The notes under the pieces were generated by a model, which did not search any database, was not told where the DNA came from, and worked only from the letters and a program-made list of their open reading frames with translations. Shown here piece by piece: positions 12,400 to 25,284 of a stretch of 64,000 nucleotides of DNA (within the stretch, counting starts at the first letter, position 1; each line of letters begins with the position of its first letter). The DNA lies in the NCBI RefSeq assembly GCF_048593235.1, contig NC_133619.1, positions 583,351,963 through 583,415,962 on the forward strand. Reading direction: 5' to 3'. The stretch comes from Sminthopsis crassicaudata (lineage: Eukaryota). Position numbers and translations under genes: made by a program.

Positions 12400-14130
12400 C
12401 TACTCCCTAGGTAACAAACTTGCTTTCATCTTAATTTTTTTTCCTTTTTTCACTCTTTCACTCTTCTAGCATTGAGATTTCATGATGACTTAGTTTCCTT
12501 GGCCATTCTTTCCAATGCTGCTTATACAATTCTAGAATTATACTCCAGAATCACTGATTCAGATAGAAGCCAAAATATTTCTTGCTAAGCACTTCTATGT
12601 AAAGGCTCTTTCCACTAATTCCATCACCTAATCAACCTCTACTTCTTTGAAGTTCACTCAATCCTTATTTGTCACCAATCATGCTATCTATGAACCTCTA
12701 CAACATTCTTCTTTCCTCAATGAATTTAACGGTTGGCTCATAGTCTTTCTTTATTTCCCAATTCTTGCCTTCATACTAGGGAAAAGCAATATTCATTTGA
12801 TACTTTCTCACATACCCTAAACTCCCATTTCATCAGTTTGCTCAGTTCATATAGCCTACTCTTTAACCCTACTCTAGTTAACAGAGATGACCATGTCTTT
12901 GATCTTATATCAACCATAAACTTTAATGTTGATAAACTCCAGAATTCTTTAATCTTATGACAATATGTTGTCATTCCACCCTTCCCTCTGCTTTGAAACC
13001 TCAAATCCTGTTCTTCATCCTTACTATGACCTTTAAACCCTCAATTTTCCCCAGGATCTCACCTGTACACACTTTTTATCTTTCGATAACTTGGCCCCTT
13101 AGTGAATCAAATTAACTCTTTACTATCCCCTTCTATTGAGTCCTGGATTCCATGTCCTACTGTTAAATATTTCATGCCAAGTCTGAAGCTTGGATTATGA
13201 TCATCATCTCCTTCCTTCACTCTTACGTCACTGGATGCTAAATGAAACTGAAGATAATCATAACATAGTATTCACTAGGTCCACTACAAATGTATGCTAC
13301 ATAATCCTAACTGGGCTTCTACTGGGCCAAAAAAATCTTGTAACATGTTTCTATTCATAAGAGTGAATTTTCCAAACCTTTTTATTCTTCAAATCTTTGT
13401 TAAACAAATTTTACTGTCTTTGTGTCTTTATCCATGGTTTCATGGATAGCTGATACTGCACAAAGCAGAGACAAATTTTAGAGATCAAGTAGCAATTTAA
13501 TTAATCACTCAGAGATGAATACAGTTTGCAAATAGTAGATTCTCCTCAGTAGGAGACCCTTCCAGTTGTAGGAAAGGAAGAGATTTTGTATATAAATCAG
13601 AAATGGGAAGGGGGGGGGAAGTGGATTACAATTGAATTAGTTTCAGGGCTGGGTGCTGTCCCAAAAATCTAGGACAATATGGGTGTACTCCAGTCCAGTT
13701 TGTATATAATTGTTTCAGAACATGGAAATCATTCCTTTGTGGGGGGACAGGACCAGAGTTATGTGATGGGAACAGTTTTATAATCCTTGATTCATCACTC
13801 GACATACATAAAGAGAGCATTGTCAAAAATTGATTGTTCATTTCAAGCTCCTCTGACTCACAGATCAAGGTAGCGTTGAAAAATCTAAATTATTAGTGTA
13901 TTTATTATACACATCATCTTGATAATTATGAAAATCATAATAATTCTTTCTAACCTCCCAATGATCTCACTCTCACTTTCTCAGTAGAAACTCTTGCCTC
14001 ATATTTCACTGGAAATAAAAAAGAGTCCATTCAGCAAAAGCTCTTTTCTCTCTTTTCCACCACATCTGACAACACTAAAATGCTTTCTATAACTCTCCTT
14101 TTTTACCTATATCACATGAAGGTGAGCACC
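12400..14130 (+). mobile_element. Ancient L2 ORF2 remnant, interrupted by an LTR-like insert
   Basis: Pyrimidine-rich degenerate sequence with L2-like motifs (ccactacaaatgtatgctacataatcctaactggg; ctcttgcctcatatttcactg). Boundaries approximate. Confidence 0.55.
13398..13944 (-). mobile_element. Probable solo LTR
   Basis: About 550-bp insert starting TGTTA that splits the L2 remnant. Composition resembles the other LTRs. No clean TSD. Confidence 0.45.
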
Positions 14131-14241
14131 AAAAATAGATGAGGAACCCTGAAAAGGCTTGGCAAGTCCTCAAATCAGCTGTGCTAATCCTCCTTGAAGA
14201 TTAAGAAATGCTTGGTACTAAGTGACTGACTCTTGAAGATT

Positions 14242-14684
14242 TTTTTTATTAATTTTATAATTATACATTTTTGACAGTATATATACATGAGTAATTTTTT
14301 TTATAACATTATCCCTTGTATTCATTTTTCCAGAGTTTCCCCTCTCTCCCTCTACTCCCTCCCCTAGATGACAGGCAATCTCATACATTTTACATGTGTT
14401 ACAGTATAACCTAGATATACTATATGTGTGTAAATCCAATTTTCTTGTTGCACGTTAAGTATTGGATTCCAAAGGTATAAGTAACCTGGGTAGATAGACG
14501 GTAGTGCTAATATTTTACATTCAACTCCCAGTGTTCCTTCTCTGGGTGTAGTTGTTTCTGTCCATCATTGATGAGCTGGAAGTGAGTTGGATCTTCTTTA
14601 TGTTGAAAATAACAACTTCCATCAGAATATGTCTTCATACAGTATTGTTGTTGAAGTGTATAGTGATCTTCTGGTTTTGCTCAT
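14242..14684 (-). mobile_element. 5'-truncated L1 3' end with 9-bp TSD
   Basis: TTGAAGATT at 14233-14241 and 14685-14693, a T-tract, and L1 3'UTR sequence. Confidence 0.85.
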
Positions 14685-15109
14685 TTGAAGATTAAGAAAT
14701 GCTTGGTAATAAGTGACTGACTGACCCAAACCATTTTAGAGGTTTGGGGAGACATTATTTTATTTATTTGTTTGTTTTTTCATTCATTCATTAGTATTGC
14801 TTAATCTCACAGTTGTTGCACTTTCAACCTTCTTGTGTAAATAATTAACTTGATTTTTGGAAAAGAACAACTTAGTTTGGAAAGTCTCATTGTCTGCAGA
14901 TTATACCTCCAGAATTTTTAGCCTTGACTTATCTGATTTTTTTCAAAGAAAGAGGGAAAAATGAGCATCTGCAAGAATATTTGTTTGTGGAAACAAGAAG
15001 TTTTTATTGATATTGATTCTAGTTAAAAATAATTTAAAATATTGATTTTTTTATTTTAAAAGTTTTAGACTTAGCAGCAGCAATATCTAGAGAGATTAAA
15101 ATTAATTTG

Positions 15110-16700
15110 GAAATTTTTATCTTATTTTTAAATGGTGTTTTATTTACCCTGAATTATATGTCAAACAATTTTTAACATTCATTTTTATAAGATTTTTGAA
15201 TACCAATTTTTTCTCCCTACCTTCTTCCTTTCCCCTCTTCTGAAAATGGTAGGCAATTTGATATAGACTATACATGTATGTAATATGTGTTAACATATTA
15301 GTCACAGATATAAAAGAACAAAGAAGTCAAAAGAAAAAAAAATTAAAAAAAAAAACAAAAGAAAAAAATATGCTTCAATTTGCATTCAGAGTTTTTCAGT
15401 TCTTTATCTGAATGAATGTGGGTAGAATTTTCCTTCATGGATACTCTGCACTTGTCTTGGATATTATGTTGCTGAGAAGAGATCATTCATTGTTGATCAT
15501 CACACAGTTCTGCTCATTTCACTTTGCATCAGTTCATATAAGTCTTTCCAAGTGCTTTTAAAACCTGCCTATTCATCATTTCTTATTGCACAAAATCATT
15601 CCATTACATTTATATACCACTTTGCTCAGTTATTCTACAATTCATGGGTGTCCCTTCAATTTCCAATATTTTGTCACCACAAAAAGGACTGCTATAAATA
15701 TTTCTGCACATATTTTTGTTTTCCCCTTTTTTATGATCTCTTTTGGGATATAGAACTAGTGTTGGTATTATTGGATCAAAGGGTATACACAGTTTGGTGG
15801 GTCTAGTTCCAAATTGCTCTGCAGGATATCAACAGTAATTTAATGTCTCAAGTTTCCCATATTCTCTCTAACATTTACTGTTTTCCTTTTCTGTCATATT
15901 AGCCAATATGATCAGTGAAAAGTGCTATTTTAGAGTTACTTTAATTTGAATTTCTCTTGTCAAAAGTGATTTAGAGCAATTCTCTATATGTTTACAAATA
16001 ACTTTCAATTCTTCATCTGAAAACTGTTTATATCTTTTGACCATCTATCAATTAAAGAATGCCTTGTATTCTTGTAAATTTGACTCTGTTCTCTATATAC
16101 TTAAGATATGAGACCTTTAAGAAAGAAATTTACTGTAAAAAATGTTTCCCAGCTTTCTATTTTTTTTTTTTTTTTTTTTTTTTGAGGCTGGGGTTAAGTG
16201 ACTTGCCCAGGGTCACACAGCTAGATCTGAACTCGGGTCCTCCTGAATTCAGGGCTAGTGCTCTATCCACTGCGCCACCTAGCTGCCCCCTCTGCTTTCT
16301 TTATGATCTTATTAGCATTGAGTTTTTGTGCAGAAGCTTTATAATTAAATACAATTAAAATTATCTCTTTTATATTTTGTAATGCTCTCTTATTTGGTCA
16401 TGAATTTTTCCCTTCTCCATAGATCTATCAGGTAGATTATTTCTTGCCCTTCTAATCTGTTTATTGTGTTATTTTTTGTATCTAAATCATTTACTCATTT
16501 TAACCTTATTTTGGTATATGGTATGAGATGTTGATCTATATCTAGTTTATGCCCTATTTTCAAGTTTTCCTAGCAATTTTTGTCAAATAGTTATAATCCC
16601 AAAGACTGGATTTGTCAAACACTTTGTTATTATGGCCATATACTATTGTGTCTTATGTACCCACTCTATCCCATTGATCTACAACTATTTCTTAACCTTT
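15110..16700 (-). mobile_element. Older L1 ORF2 3' part plus 3'UTR
   Basis: Reverse-strand L1 ORF2 C-terminal sequence (ctttaatttg..tttctct, cttcatctgaaaactg, tttaaccttattttggtatatggtatgag). Contains a WSINE1 insertion. Confidence 0.75.
16160..16289 (-). mobile_element. Young WSINE1-like SINE with an internal deletion
   Basis: Reverse complement reads GGGGCAGCTAGGTGGCGCAGTGGATAGAGC...GGACCCGAGTTCA...GGCAAGTCACTTAACCCC, with a 24-nt pure A tail. Confidence 0.9.
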
Positions 16701-17652
16701 AAGATTCTGAATGCTATAACATTTGGTGCTTATATGTTTAGTATCAATACTACTTCATTATCTGCAGTGCCTTTTAGGAGGCTGTAGTTTCCTTCCTAAT
16801 CTTTTAATTACATCTATTTTTGCTTTTGCTTTATAATTAGAATTGTAAACCTACTTTTTTTCTTACTTTAGCTGAAGCATAATAGATACTGTTTTTTGCT
16901 TCAGGTATGTTTATTGTAAAGATCATATTGTAGGATTCTGGTTTTTGATCCACAAGCAAACAAGACAGATTTCTAAAGTAAAATTTCTGATTACGTATAT
17001 TATAAAAATGCAAGGCATTCCTCAATTAATACATAGTCAAAGAATATTTACAAACAATTTTCAGTTGAAGAAATTAAAGACATCCATAGTCATATAAAAT
17101 TATCTAAATCACTATTGATTAGGAAAATGAAATTGGAATTATTTTATTTATACTTATGTTTTGTGCAACACCCAGAAAGTAAACCCTTGTGTGGCATCAT
17201 CTGTGTAACAGATCCAAATGCTAAGCTGATTCCCAAACAATAACTCACTTTCCCCTTTATTTAACCTCCCTGACCTCAGTTTTCTTATTTGTAAAGTAAG
17301 GACATCAAGTCTTCTAGCTTTAAGTCTATGATCCTGTGCTATGAAAGGCTCAACTGTGTCCCATTTCAGGGAAGCTTTTGCACTGATCAAAGCCATAATC
17401 CTGAGAGCTTTCCATGTCATTGGTCACTCTGCAGAAATATTGCTCAGGTCATCTTTCTTTGACTAGAAAAGAAAACTTCCTCCTAACATTTATCCTTTCT
17501 ATCATTTATTTTTGCCACTATGTGATTTCTATTTCCATGAATTTCCCTATAATCTCAGAATTTAGATTAACCACTATTAAAATTGACTATGCCCTCTGTT
17601 CTAACCTTTCATAATATATCCCGAGTAGTCTGTAGCTCTCTCCTCTTAATCT

Positions 17653-18600
17653 CTAGTGTACCTTTCCTCTACAAAGGAGGCGGAGGATTCCCTGGCGAAT
17701 CTGCTTAGTTTTTACACTGTAGATAATGGGGTTCATCACAGGGGGTGATAGCAAGTAGACATTGGCCATGATCACATGAACCAGAGGAGGGGCATGTCGG
17801 GCAAAACGGTGAACCATGGACAGCCCTACCATAGGCACATACAGGATAAGTACAGCCAAGATATGGGACAAGCAGTTATTGAGAGCCTTAAATCGCTCAG
17901 CCTGGGATGCAGTGCCCAGGACACTGTGCAGAATTAATCCATAGGAGACCAGGATGAGGAGAGGGTCAAGCACAATGATGAGCAATACCAGTACAAATCC
18001 ATACCAGCTGTTGACTCGAGTGTCAGCACAGACCAAGCGGATCATATCTTGGTGGAGGCAATAGGAATGGGAGAGGAGGTGAGAGTGACAAAAGGGCAGA
18101 CGCTTAAGCAGGAAAAGTGAGGGCAGTACTGCCAAAACACATCGAATGATGATGGCTATCCCAATTCTTCCAATGACATTCTCTGTGAGAATAGAGGCAT
18201 AGTGCAGGGGACGACAGATGGCAACAAAGCGGTCATAAGCCATGGCCAACAGCACTGAAGACTCCATAAAGGAGAAGCCATGAAGGAAGAAAAACTGGGC
18301 AAAGCAAGCCTCAAAGCTGATCTCCCGGACATTGAACCAGAGTAGTTGCATCACTGTGGGCAGAGTGGTAAGGGTCAGGCCCAGATCGGTTATTGCCAGC
18401 ATGGAGAGGAACAGGTACATGGGTTGGTGGAGTGAAGGCTCTATCTGAATGACAGCTAGGATAGTGGTATTGCCCAAGATGGAGATAATGTATAGACAAC
18501 CGAAGGGGATGGAGATCCAAATGTGCATGGGCTCAAAACCTGGAATGCCAGTAAGGATGAAGTAGAAGGGTTCTTCAGAGGTATTAGTGATGGCCGACAT
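17653..18600 (-). CDS. OR51Q1: Class I olfactory receptor, OR51Q1-like paralog b (315 aa)
   Basis: Same motifs as paralog a; the protein is identical to it from FSFMESS to HILAVL. Start set to ATG 18600 (MSAITNTS) by alignment with paralog a; the ORF track starts at 18627. Confidence 0.93.
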   Translation of the reverse strand: MSAITNTSEEPFYFILTGIPGFEPMHIWISIPFGCLYIISILGNTTILAVIQIEPSLHQPMYLFLSMLAITDLGLTLTTLPTVMQLLWFNVREISFEACFAQFFFLHGFSFMESSVLLAMAYDRFVAICRPLHYASILTENVIGRIGIAIIIRCVLAVLPSLFLLKRLPFCHSHLLSHSYCLHQDMIRLVCADTRVNSWYGFVLVLLIIVLDPLLILVSYGLILHSVLGTASQAERFKALNNCLSHILAVLILYVPMVGLSMVHRFARHAPPLVHVIMANVYLLSPPVMNPIIYSVKTKQIRQGILRLLCRGKVH

Positions 18601-19368
18601 AACAAAAGAAAGGACCTCCAGGTCCAATTTCTTTCTACAATGACATAAAGTTCATTTTAATTTTTATGGGAATTATTTGCTATATAGTTTTCCAATTTAT
18701 AAAATGTTACATAATAGAAATAGAATTCTAGGACTCTGGAAAGATTTTAATAACCATCCTTCCCTTGTGTCAAATTATTATGAAATGAATAGAGAAATGG
18801 ATAGGAAAAATAACTTGAGGCAAAAAATGTTATCCAATTATTGTGCTCAAAGTATTTTACTCAAAATATTTCACTCACCTATCAACTGAAATGAGTAGAA
18901 AAGTGTACACATATCTCAGATGGGGGCCAAAGAGCGTAGTCATTTAACCCCAAGTGCCTCAGTAAAAAAAAAGACAAACAATTACTTTAATGAAAGCATG
19001 GATCTTTTCATTAATGAGGATGATATAGATATAAATAGATATTAGCTGATATGAAATGACAATAAACATAGAAAGATGACAGCTAAAGATAGAAAGCTAG
19101 ATAAATAAATGGATAAATGATACAATTAATAGATAACAAATATAGCTTATCAAATGTATTTTACTCATAATTGAATTTAAAAAAGCTTATTAATGACTTA
19201 CCAGATGCCAAACACTATGCTAAATGGTGGGGATACATGCTTAAAACACAAAATAGCCCCTTCTTTGAAGGAGTTTATACCATATACAGAAAAGTAATAG
19301 TTTGGAAGTATGCTTTTAGACTGGAAAGTCACAAAAAGAGTTGTTAGAGGCATAGGACAATATTGCTA

Positions 19369-19370
<2 letters not shown>

Positions 19371-19408
<38 letters not shown>
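19371..19408. repeat. (TC)19 microsatellite
   Basis: Read directly. Confidence 0.95.
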
Positions 19409-19411
<3 letters not shown>

Positions 19412-21464
19412 TTCTTCCATCCCACTGTCTCATTCTTTTCATCTCTCTTGTTCCAAAAGTCTTAATAAAGCTTTAGTAACATCAAAAATATAAATGCTAC
19501 AAACTGACAAAAATCATCATTTGAAAGCTTAATTAAATTTCTGGTATTCTCCACTTATTTGCCTTAGTTGATTGAATATTAATTTTTTATTTTAATTTCA
19601 ACAAGATGGAGCATTCTGTAATTATGTATTCTGTTTGACAGTTTCTAGATGAACCTTTCTCAAACCAATGGATCTTCTACTTGGCTGTATTGGTTACCTC
19701 ATTTACCTCCATTAGATTTTTTTCTTGTGTAGTCACGTCAGAACTTTCATGTATATATCAAAACTTTACTTCTTGGATGATATTAAGCCTACAATTACAA
19801 GAACAATTTTTTTGGTCACTGAGTTACAAGTGAAGAAACTTGATGGAAGTCATTGAGGCAATTTTAAGCTTGAATAAACTTCCTAATAATTGTCTGAAAA
19901 AGGGAAAATGAACTACTACTAGAACTCTTCAAACTTGAAAATTGACCGGAATTATGTATAGCATAAGATAATGGTTATGTTGAATTTAAATAAGAAATAG
20001 GTAGATATTTCCAAATTTTGGTAATTTTTCAAATGTGTTTTTTTATGTATATAGCTTTTATAATCCTAAAGTGATTAAAGCTTAAACCATCACTAAGATC
20101 TTTGGAACACTCTTAAATTAAACTATTTATTTTATGCTTATGTTAGACTTACTCTGATTTGTATTATGTTAGATTCCTCACTGAAACTATCACCATGACT
20201 CTGCCCCAAAGACAGTTCTCACTGTTGGATGTTGAAAGAAAAATGGGCAACTGATCTTCATTATCTCTTTATTCTCTAAACCCACTAATCCAGTGTTCCC
20301 ACTGCTGCCACCTACCATGTTAGACCTTACCAAATGCTCCTGAGAACCAGCTTGTCTAACTGTAAATCTAGTACAGGGATTAGGGGAAAAGGTAGGGAAA
20401 TAAAAATAAAGAAAGGCAAGGCAAGGTAAGACAAAGAAAGGCAAGGAAAGGGATAGGAAAAAAAATTATTGGATGATGTAGCATGGCCCTTTGTTGAGTA
20501 TCTTTCTTTAATTCTACTAGTTCACCTTATCTGAAGTCCATTTGACCTTAATTTCCATTAAGATAAAGAGTGAAATTGAACCTTGTCAATATTTGTAAGA
20601 ACATAATTGAACTCATAACTTAGATTGCGAAGAATCTCCAAACAAATTCATCCTCATTTATTGACTCCCTCCCAACCTATATTCTTTATATCTAGTTGTG
20701 TCCACTTCTACTCCCAGAACCCATAAACCTGCCATTTTATTGTTTTTTTCTCCTCCCCCTCACTTGTGTGTACCTATGCAATATCTCCTGTTCTCACATA
20801 CCTTTTGTTCTATGCAGATTTCCATGTTCTTTTGGAAGGACAGGCAAAAACAAGATTACTTATAGAGTCCTCCTTTGGATTATCATGTGAATATATGAAG
20901 TTGCTGCATTTTTTAGTACATCAATTAGAGGTGGGGCCCTTAAGTCTCTAGCTAAGGGAGTACAACCAAAGAAACTGGGATGGAGGGGAGGGGGGAGGAT
21001 TTGGCTTAACTTTGTTCCCAAGAGGACAAGTCATGTGTCAAATATCTGGAGACTTCAATTAAGGACAGATTCATACTTATTAAGGAAAACTGTGTAATCG
21101 ACAGCAACATGTATGATTGATTCAGAACCCATTAATTGGAAGCCCATGAGATTCTCTGTAATCCAAAGATCCAAGACAATTCCAAAAGACTCATAATGAA
21201 AAATGCTATTTTTTTTTCCAGAGAAAGAATTGATGAAGTCTGAATGCAAATCAAAGCACACTACTTTTCACTTTTATTTTTTTGTCTATTTTCTTTTACA
21301 ACATGACTAATATGTGTGTCTAATTGCACATAAAAAAAAACCTATGTAGAATTATTGCCTTTGGGAAGTGGGAGGGGAGAGAGATAAGGAGAAAGAGAAT
21401 TTGGAACTCAAAACGTATTTATTTATTTATCTGTTTGCTTATTTGTTTGTTTATTTGTTTATTT

Positions 21465-21790
21465 GCTTATTATTGTAGCTTTTTATTTACAAAACATATG
21501 CATGGGTAATTTTTCAACACTGACCCCTACAAAACCTTCTGCTCCAACTTTTCCCCTGCTTCCCCCCACTCCCTCCCCTAGATGGCAGATAGTCCAATAC
21601 ATGTTAAATATGTTAAATTATATGTTAAATACAATATATGTATACATATTTATACAATTATCTTGCTGCACAAGAAAAATCAGATCTAGAAAGAAGATAG
21701 AAAAACCTGAGAAGGGAAACAAAAATGCAATCAAACAATAATAAGAATGAGTGAAAATGCTATATTTTGGTCTACACTCACTTCCCATAG
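21465..21790 (-). mobile_element. L1 3' end fragment
   Basis: Same L1 3'UTR as 4778-5257 and 14242-14684. Confidence 0.8.
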
Positions 21791-21794
21791 TTTT

Positions 21795-21970
21795 TTTTTT
21801 TTGTTGTTGTTGTTTTTGTTTGTTTGTTTGTTTTTCCTGAGGCTAGGGGGTTAAGTGACTTGCCCAGCATCACACAGCTAGGAAATGTTAAGTGTCTGAG
21901 AGCAGATTTGAACTTGGGTCCTCCTGAATTCAAGGCCCGTGCTCTATCCACTGCACCACCTAGCTGCTCC
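21795..21970 (-). mobile_element. WSINE1-like SINE with about 16-bp TSD
   Basis: tRNA-like head and CORE body. Flanked by CACTTCCCATAGTTTT (21779) and CATTTCCCATAGTTTT (21971). Confidence 0.9.
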
Positions 21971-22021
21971 CATTTCCCATAGTTTTAACTGAGACCTGTA
22001 GAATAGATCTCTTCATGTGAG

Positions 22022-22023
<2 letters not shown>

Positions 22024-22089
<66 letters not shown>
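22024..22089. repeat. (GAT)22 microsatellite
   Basis: Perfect repeat read directly; it explains the poly-Ile ORF. Confidence 0.97.
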
Positions 22090-23455
22090 ACAAGGAGACT
22101 GAGAGACTGTTGCATTCTCCGACCTCTCTCCTCTTTGCTCTTGCCTCCAATTTATTTCATTTCCAATCCACAAGGAACATCTGCCTAAGTAAAGGCTGCT
22201 TTGCAACTCCTTTACTGTTATGATCCACAGCTGTGGAGACTCTTGGAGAATTGACCTGCCCCTTCACTTAGCATGGTCCTTAACAGTTATATAATTATAG
22301 ACATATGTAAGGAAAACCTCACATCAAATTGTATGTATTACATAATACATATAATATTTTTATAATTATTAATTTGTAAATGTAATTTGGTAATTATTGT
22401 AAATATTATAATATTACATATTGTAAATATTAATGTGCTATGTAAATGTGAATTATTATTTATTTAAAATAGTATATAATGGCTAGAGAGCACTTCTGAT
22501 CTCCTGGTATAGTATTTTTTTTAAATAAAAGTAAATGTGGTTATTTGATAGAATTTTATTCAGTCCATAACCATTTACTTAGTCCTAACTATATATTCAG
22601 GTACTCTGCTAAGCAGAATTTTCAAACACTTTCTAACTTCATTGTACACTCATAGTTTTCTGTTCTGTTTTACAAATACCTGTTTATTTGGATTTGTGTG
22701 TATGTGTGTTATATGATTGCATGTATCTCTTCCCCCATCTCATTAGACTAGGTTTCTACTTAAGGTCATATATACTGGGAGTTTCCAATTCAAAAGCAAA
22801 CTCTGAATATAGAATATGAATTTAACAACATATTGTTTATTATTGAAATGAGATAATAGACTTAAACTTCATAATTTTAAGGACCTAAAAAGAATTTTTA
22901 TTGCCGCTTCTACTAACTTTATTAGTTAAATCTTATATTAACTTGAAAGATTTTTTAATGGTGGGCTTCTAAAAAAGAATGAGAAATCTATATCCACTCC
23001 CTCCAAACTCCCCTAACACATATATATTCTTCAGGTATTTCAGAGAAATTAGATGGAACTGAGTGACAATGCTATTCCTCTGAGAATCCTATTCCACAAC
23101 GAGATGTATGGACATCCTCTTAGAAGCTTTTGGTATAGGTAGAAAGACTCGGATCCAGATTTTGGGACAAATGTATCCTCCCCTTTCCCAGATATTACCT
23201 AGATTTGAACACCTTACTGTTCTGATTGTCTATCTTGGACATTAATCTTATGTATTGAGGGACATGGGAAGGGAATACGACTGAGAAAAGAGATTTAGAA
23301 AAGTGGTCAGTATCCAGGCTCTAAAACAATATTCTCCCTACCTTAATCTTGCTGGGCTATGAAAGTATGGAATCAGTATGGTATATGGGTGATTGAGGTT
23401 GAAAAGAAAGGGAGAGAGAAATTCACATCCAAAGAGTTGTACCACAGAAGAAAGG

Positions 23456-24394
23456 CTAAGGCCTTAATCTGGGCAGAGAGAACTTGCGGAGTATACCATT
23501 CCTGATCTGTTTGGTCTTAACACTATAGATAATTGGATTCATAAATGGAGGGAAAAGGAAATAGACATAGCTCATAGTTATGTGGACCACATGTGGAGCA
23601 TGTTTCCCAAATCTATGAATAAGAGATAAACCAATCACTGTGACATAGAAAACTAAGACACAACAAATGTGGGAGATACAGGTATTTAGGGCCTTGGTCC
23701 GCTCCTCTCCAGAGGCAATGCTCATAACTGTCTTCAGAATCAGTATATATGAGAAAATAATTATCAGGGAGTCCAGGAAGAAGGTAAATGAAACCAGAAC
23801 CATAGGATAGATGCGATTGAAAGTGATGTCTGCGCAGGCCAGCTTGATGACATCCTGGTGGAGGCAGAAGGCATGGGAGAGAACATGGGAATGGCAGTAA
23901 GGGAACCAGTGTAGGGGGACAATTGGCGGTGCCACTAATATGAAGCCCCTCAGCAATGCCCCAACGCCAATTTTTACCACTCTGGAGTTGGTGAGGATAG
24001 ACCTATATCTTAGTGGATTGCAGATGGCAATGAAACGGTCATAAGCCATGGCGAGCAAGACCCCTGACTCCACTATAGAGAGGGAGTGGATGAAGTAAGC
24101 CTGGGAGAAGCAGACTTTAAAGTGAATCTCCCTGTAATTCAGCCACAGGACTCCCAGAACTGTGGGCATTGTGGTTAGGGTCACTAAAAGGTCTGTAGCC
24201 GCCAGCATGGCCAGGAAGTAATACATGGGTTCATGGAGACCATGGTCATCCTTGATGAGAAAGAGGAGGGTACCATTGCCAAGAATCACCGAGAAGTATA
24301 CAACAAAGAAGGGGATAGAAATCCAATGATGAACTGCTTCTAGGCCTGGGAATCCAGTCAGAAGAAAGGGGGATAAACTTGTATTATACCACAT
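23456..24394 (-). CDS. OR51B4: Class I olfactory receptor, OR51B subfamily, most like OR51B4 (312 aa)
   Basis: Intact OR ORF with [39 protein letters not shown] (OR51B signature), KALNTCISH and PPFMNPIIY. The MWYN start and [16 protein letters not shown] match recalled OR51B4. The subfamily is secure; exact orthology is not. Confidence 0.9.
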   Translation of the reverse strand: MWYNTSLSPFLLTGFPGLEAVHHWISIPFFVVYFSVILGNGTLLFLIKDDHGLHEPMYYFLAMLAATDLLVTLTTMPTVLGVLWLNYREIHFKVCFSQAYFIHSLSIVESGVLLAMAYDRFIAICNPLRYRSILTNSRVVKIGVGALLRGFILVAPPIVPLHWFPYCHSHVLSHAFCLHQDVIKLACADITFNRIYPMVLVSFTFFLDSLIIIFSYILILKTVMSIASGEERTKALNTCISHICCVLVFYVTVIGLSLIHRFGKHAPHVVHITMSYVYFLFPPFMNPIIYSVKTKQIRNGILRKFSLPRLRP

Positions 24395-25284
24395 AATGGT
24401 GCAAGTCTAAGACTCAGTGAGGGTTGCTTAATAAACAAGAGCCATCAGGTCCTTTCTAAAAATACACAAGGTGTCAGTACTTCCCACCTTGAGGTTGTTC
24501 AATATTATAGAAGAAAAAGATCTGAGATTTCAGGATATAATTTGAGCTTGGACCAAGTATTAAAGATGATGATTCCAAGGCTTTCCCTGTAGCTTGGCTC
24601 CTTAACTTAAGCTGAATTCCTCAGCTTTAGATTCTGGTAGGAACCATTTTTACCATCATATCATCCTTTGGCTTTTTGTTCTTTGAAGTCCTTCTACTAA
24701 TGGGACTGACTTTCTCCTTAGTTGTAGTCTATTGTGCCCAATACATGTATCCAGATAGACTTATTGTCCCAGGGACATAGGTCTCTCCTTTCTTTTTTCA
24801 TTTCTCTCTGTAAGTCATGTTAGCAGCATGCTTTCAGACCTGCATTGGTAAGGGAAACCATTAAATTACTATAGACTATAATTTATAGAACAGACTATTT
24901 AGGCTAAAATATCATAGAATCAGTGGTTTAAAAATTTGTAGTAGTACAATTAGCCCAACCTTCTCATTCTACAAATAAGGTAACTGAGTACCATTGGGGT
25001 TGAGTGATTTGTTCAGAGTTGCATAGATTGTAAGCCACCAAGGCAGATAACAAATCCTCCACCATAAATGAATGAGCAGGTCCATTTCAGAGGATAATTC
25101 ATTTCTGGTTTTCTTCTTTATGAGAGATGTTCTTCTAGACATATATTTGTAATCTTTTTGGGGTCTGTCTCAAAGTAATGTTTTAATGCATAAATATATA
25201 CAAAAGGGCTACAAAGAAAATCAATTATATTGATACGTAGATATTAAAAAAAAATTAAGTCCACAGGCTCCTATTAGATGTTTG

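Noticed and set aside
21985-22206. Poly-Ile ORF
   Set aside because: It is the translation of the (GAT)22 microsatellite.
22290-22480. Extremely AT-rich tract (also about 33330-33540)
   Set aside because: Low complexity with no termini, periodicity or ORF.
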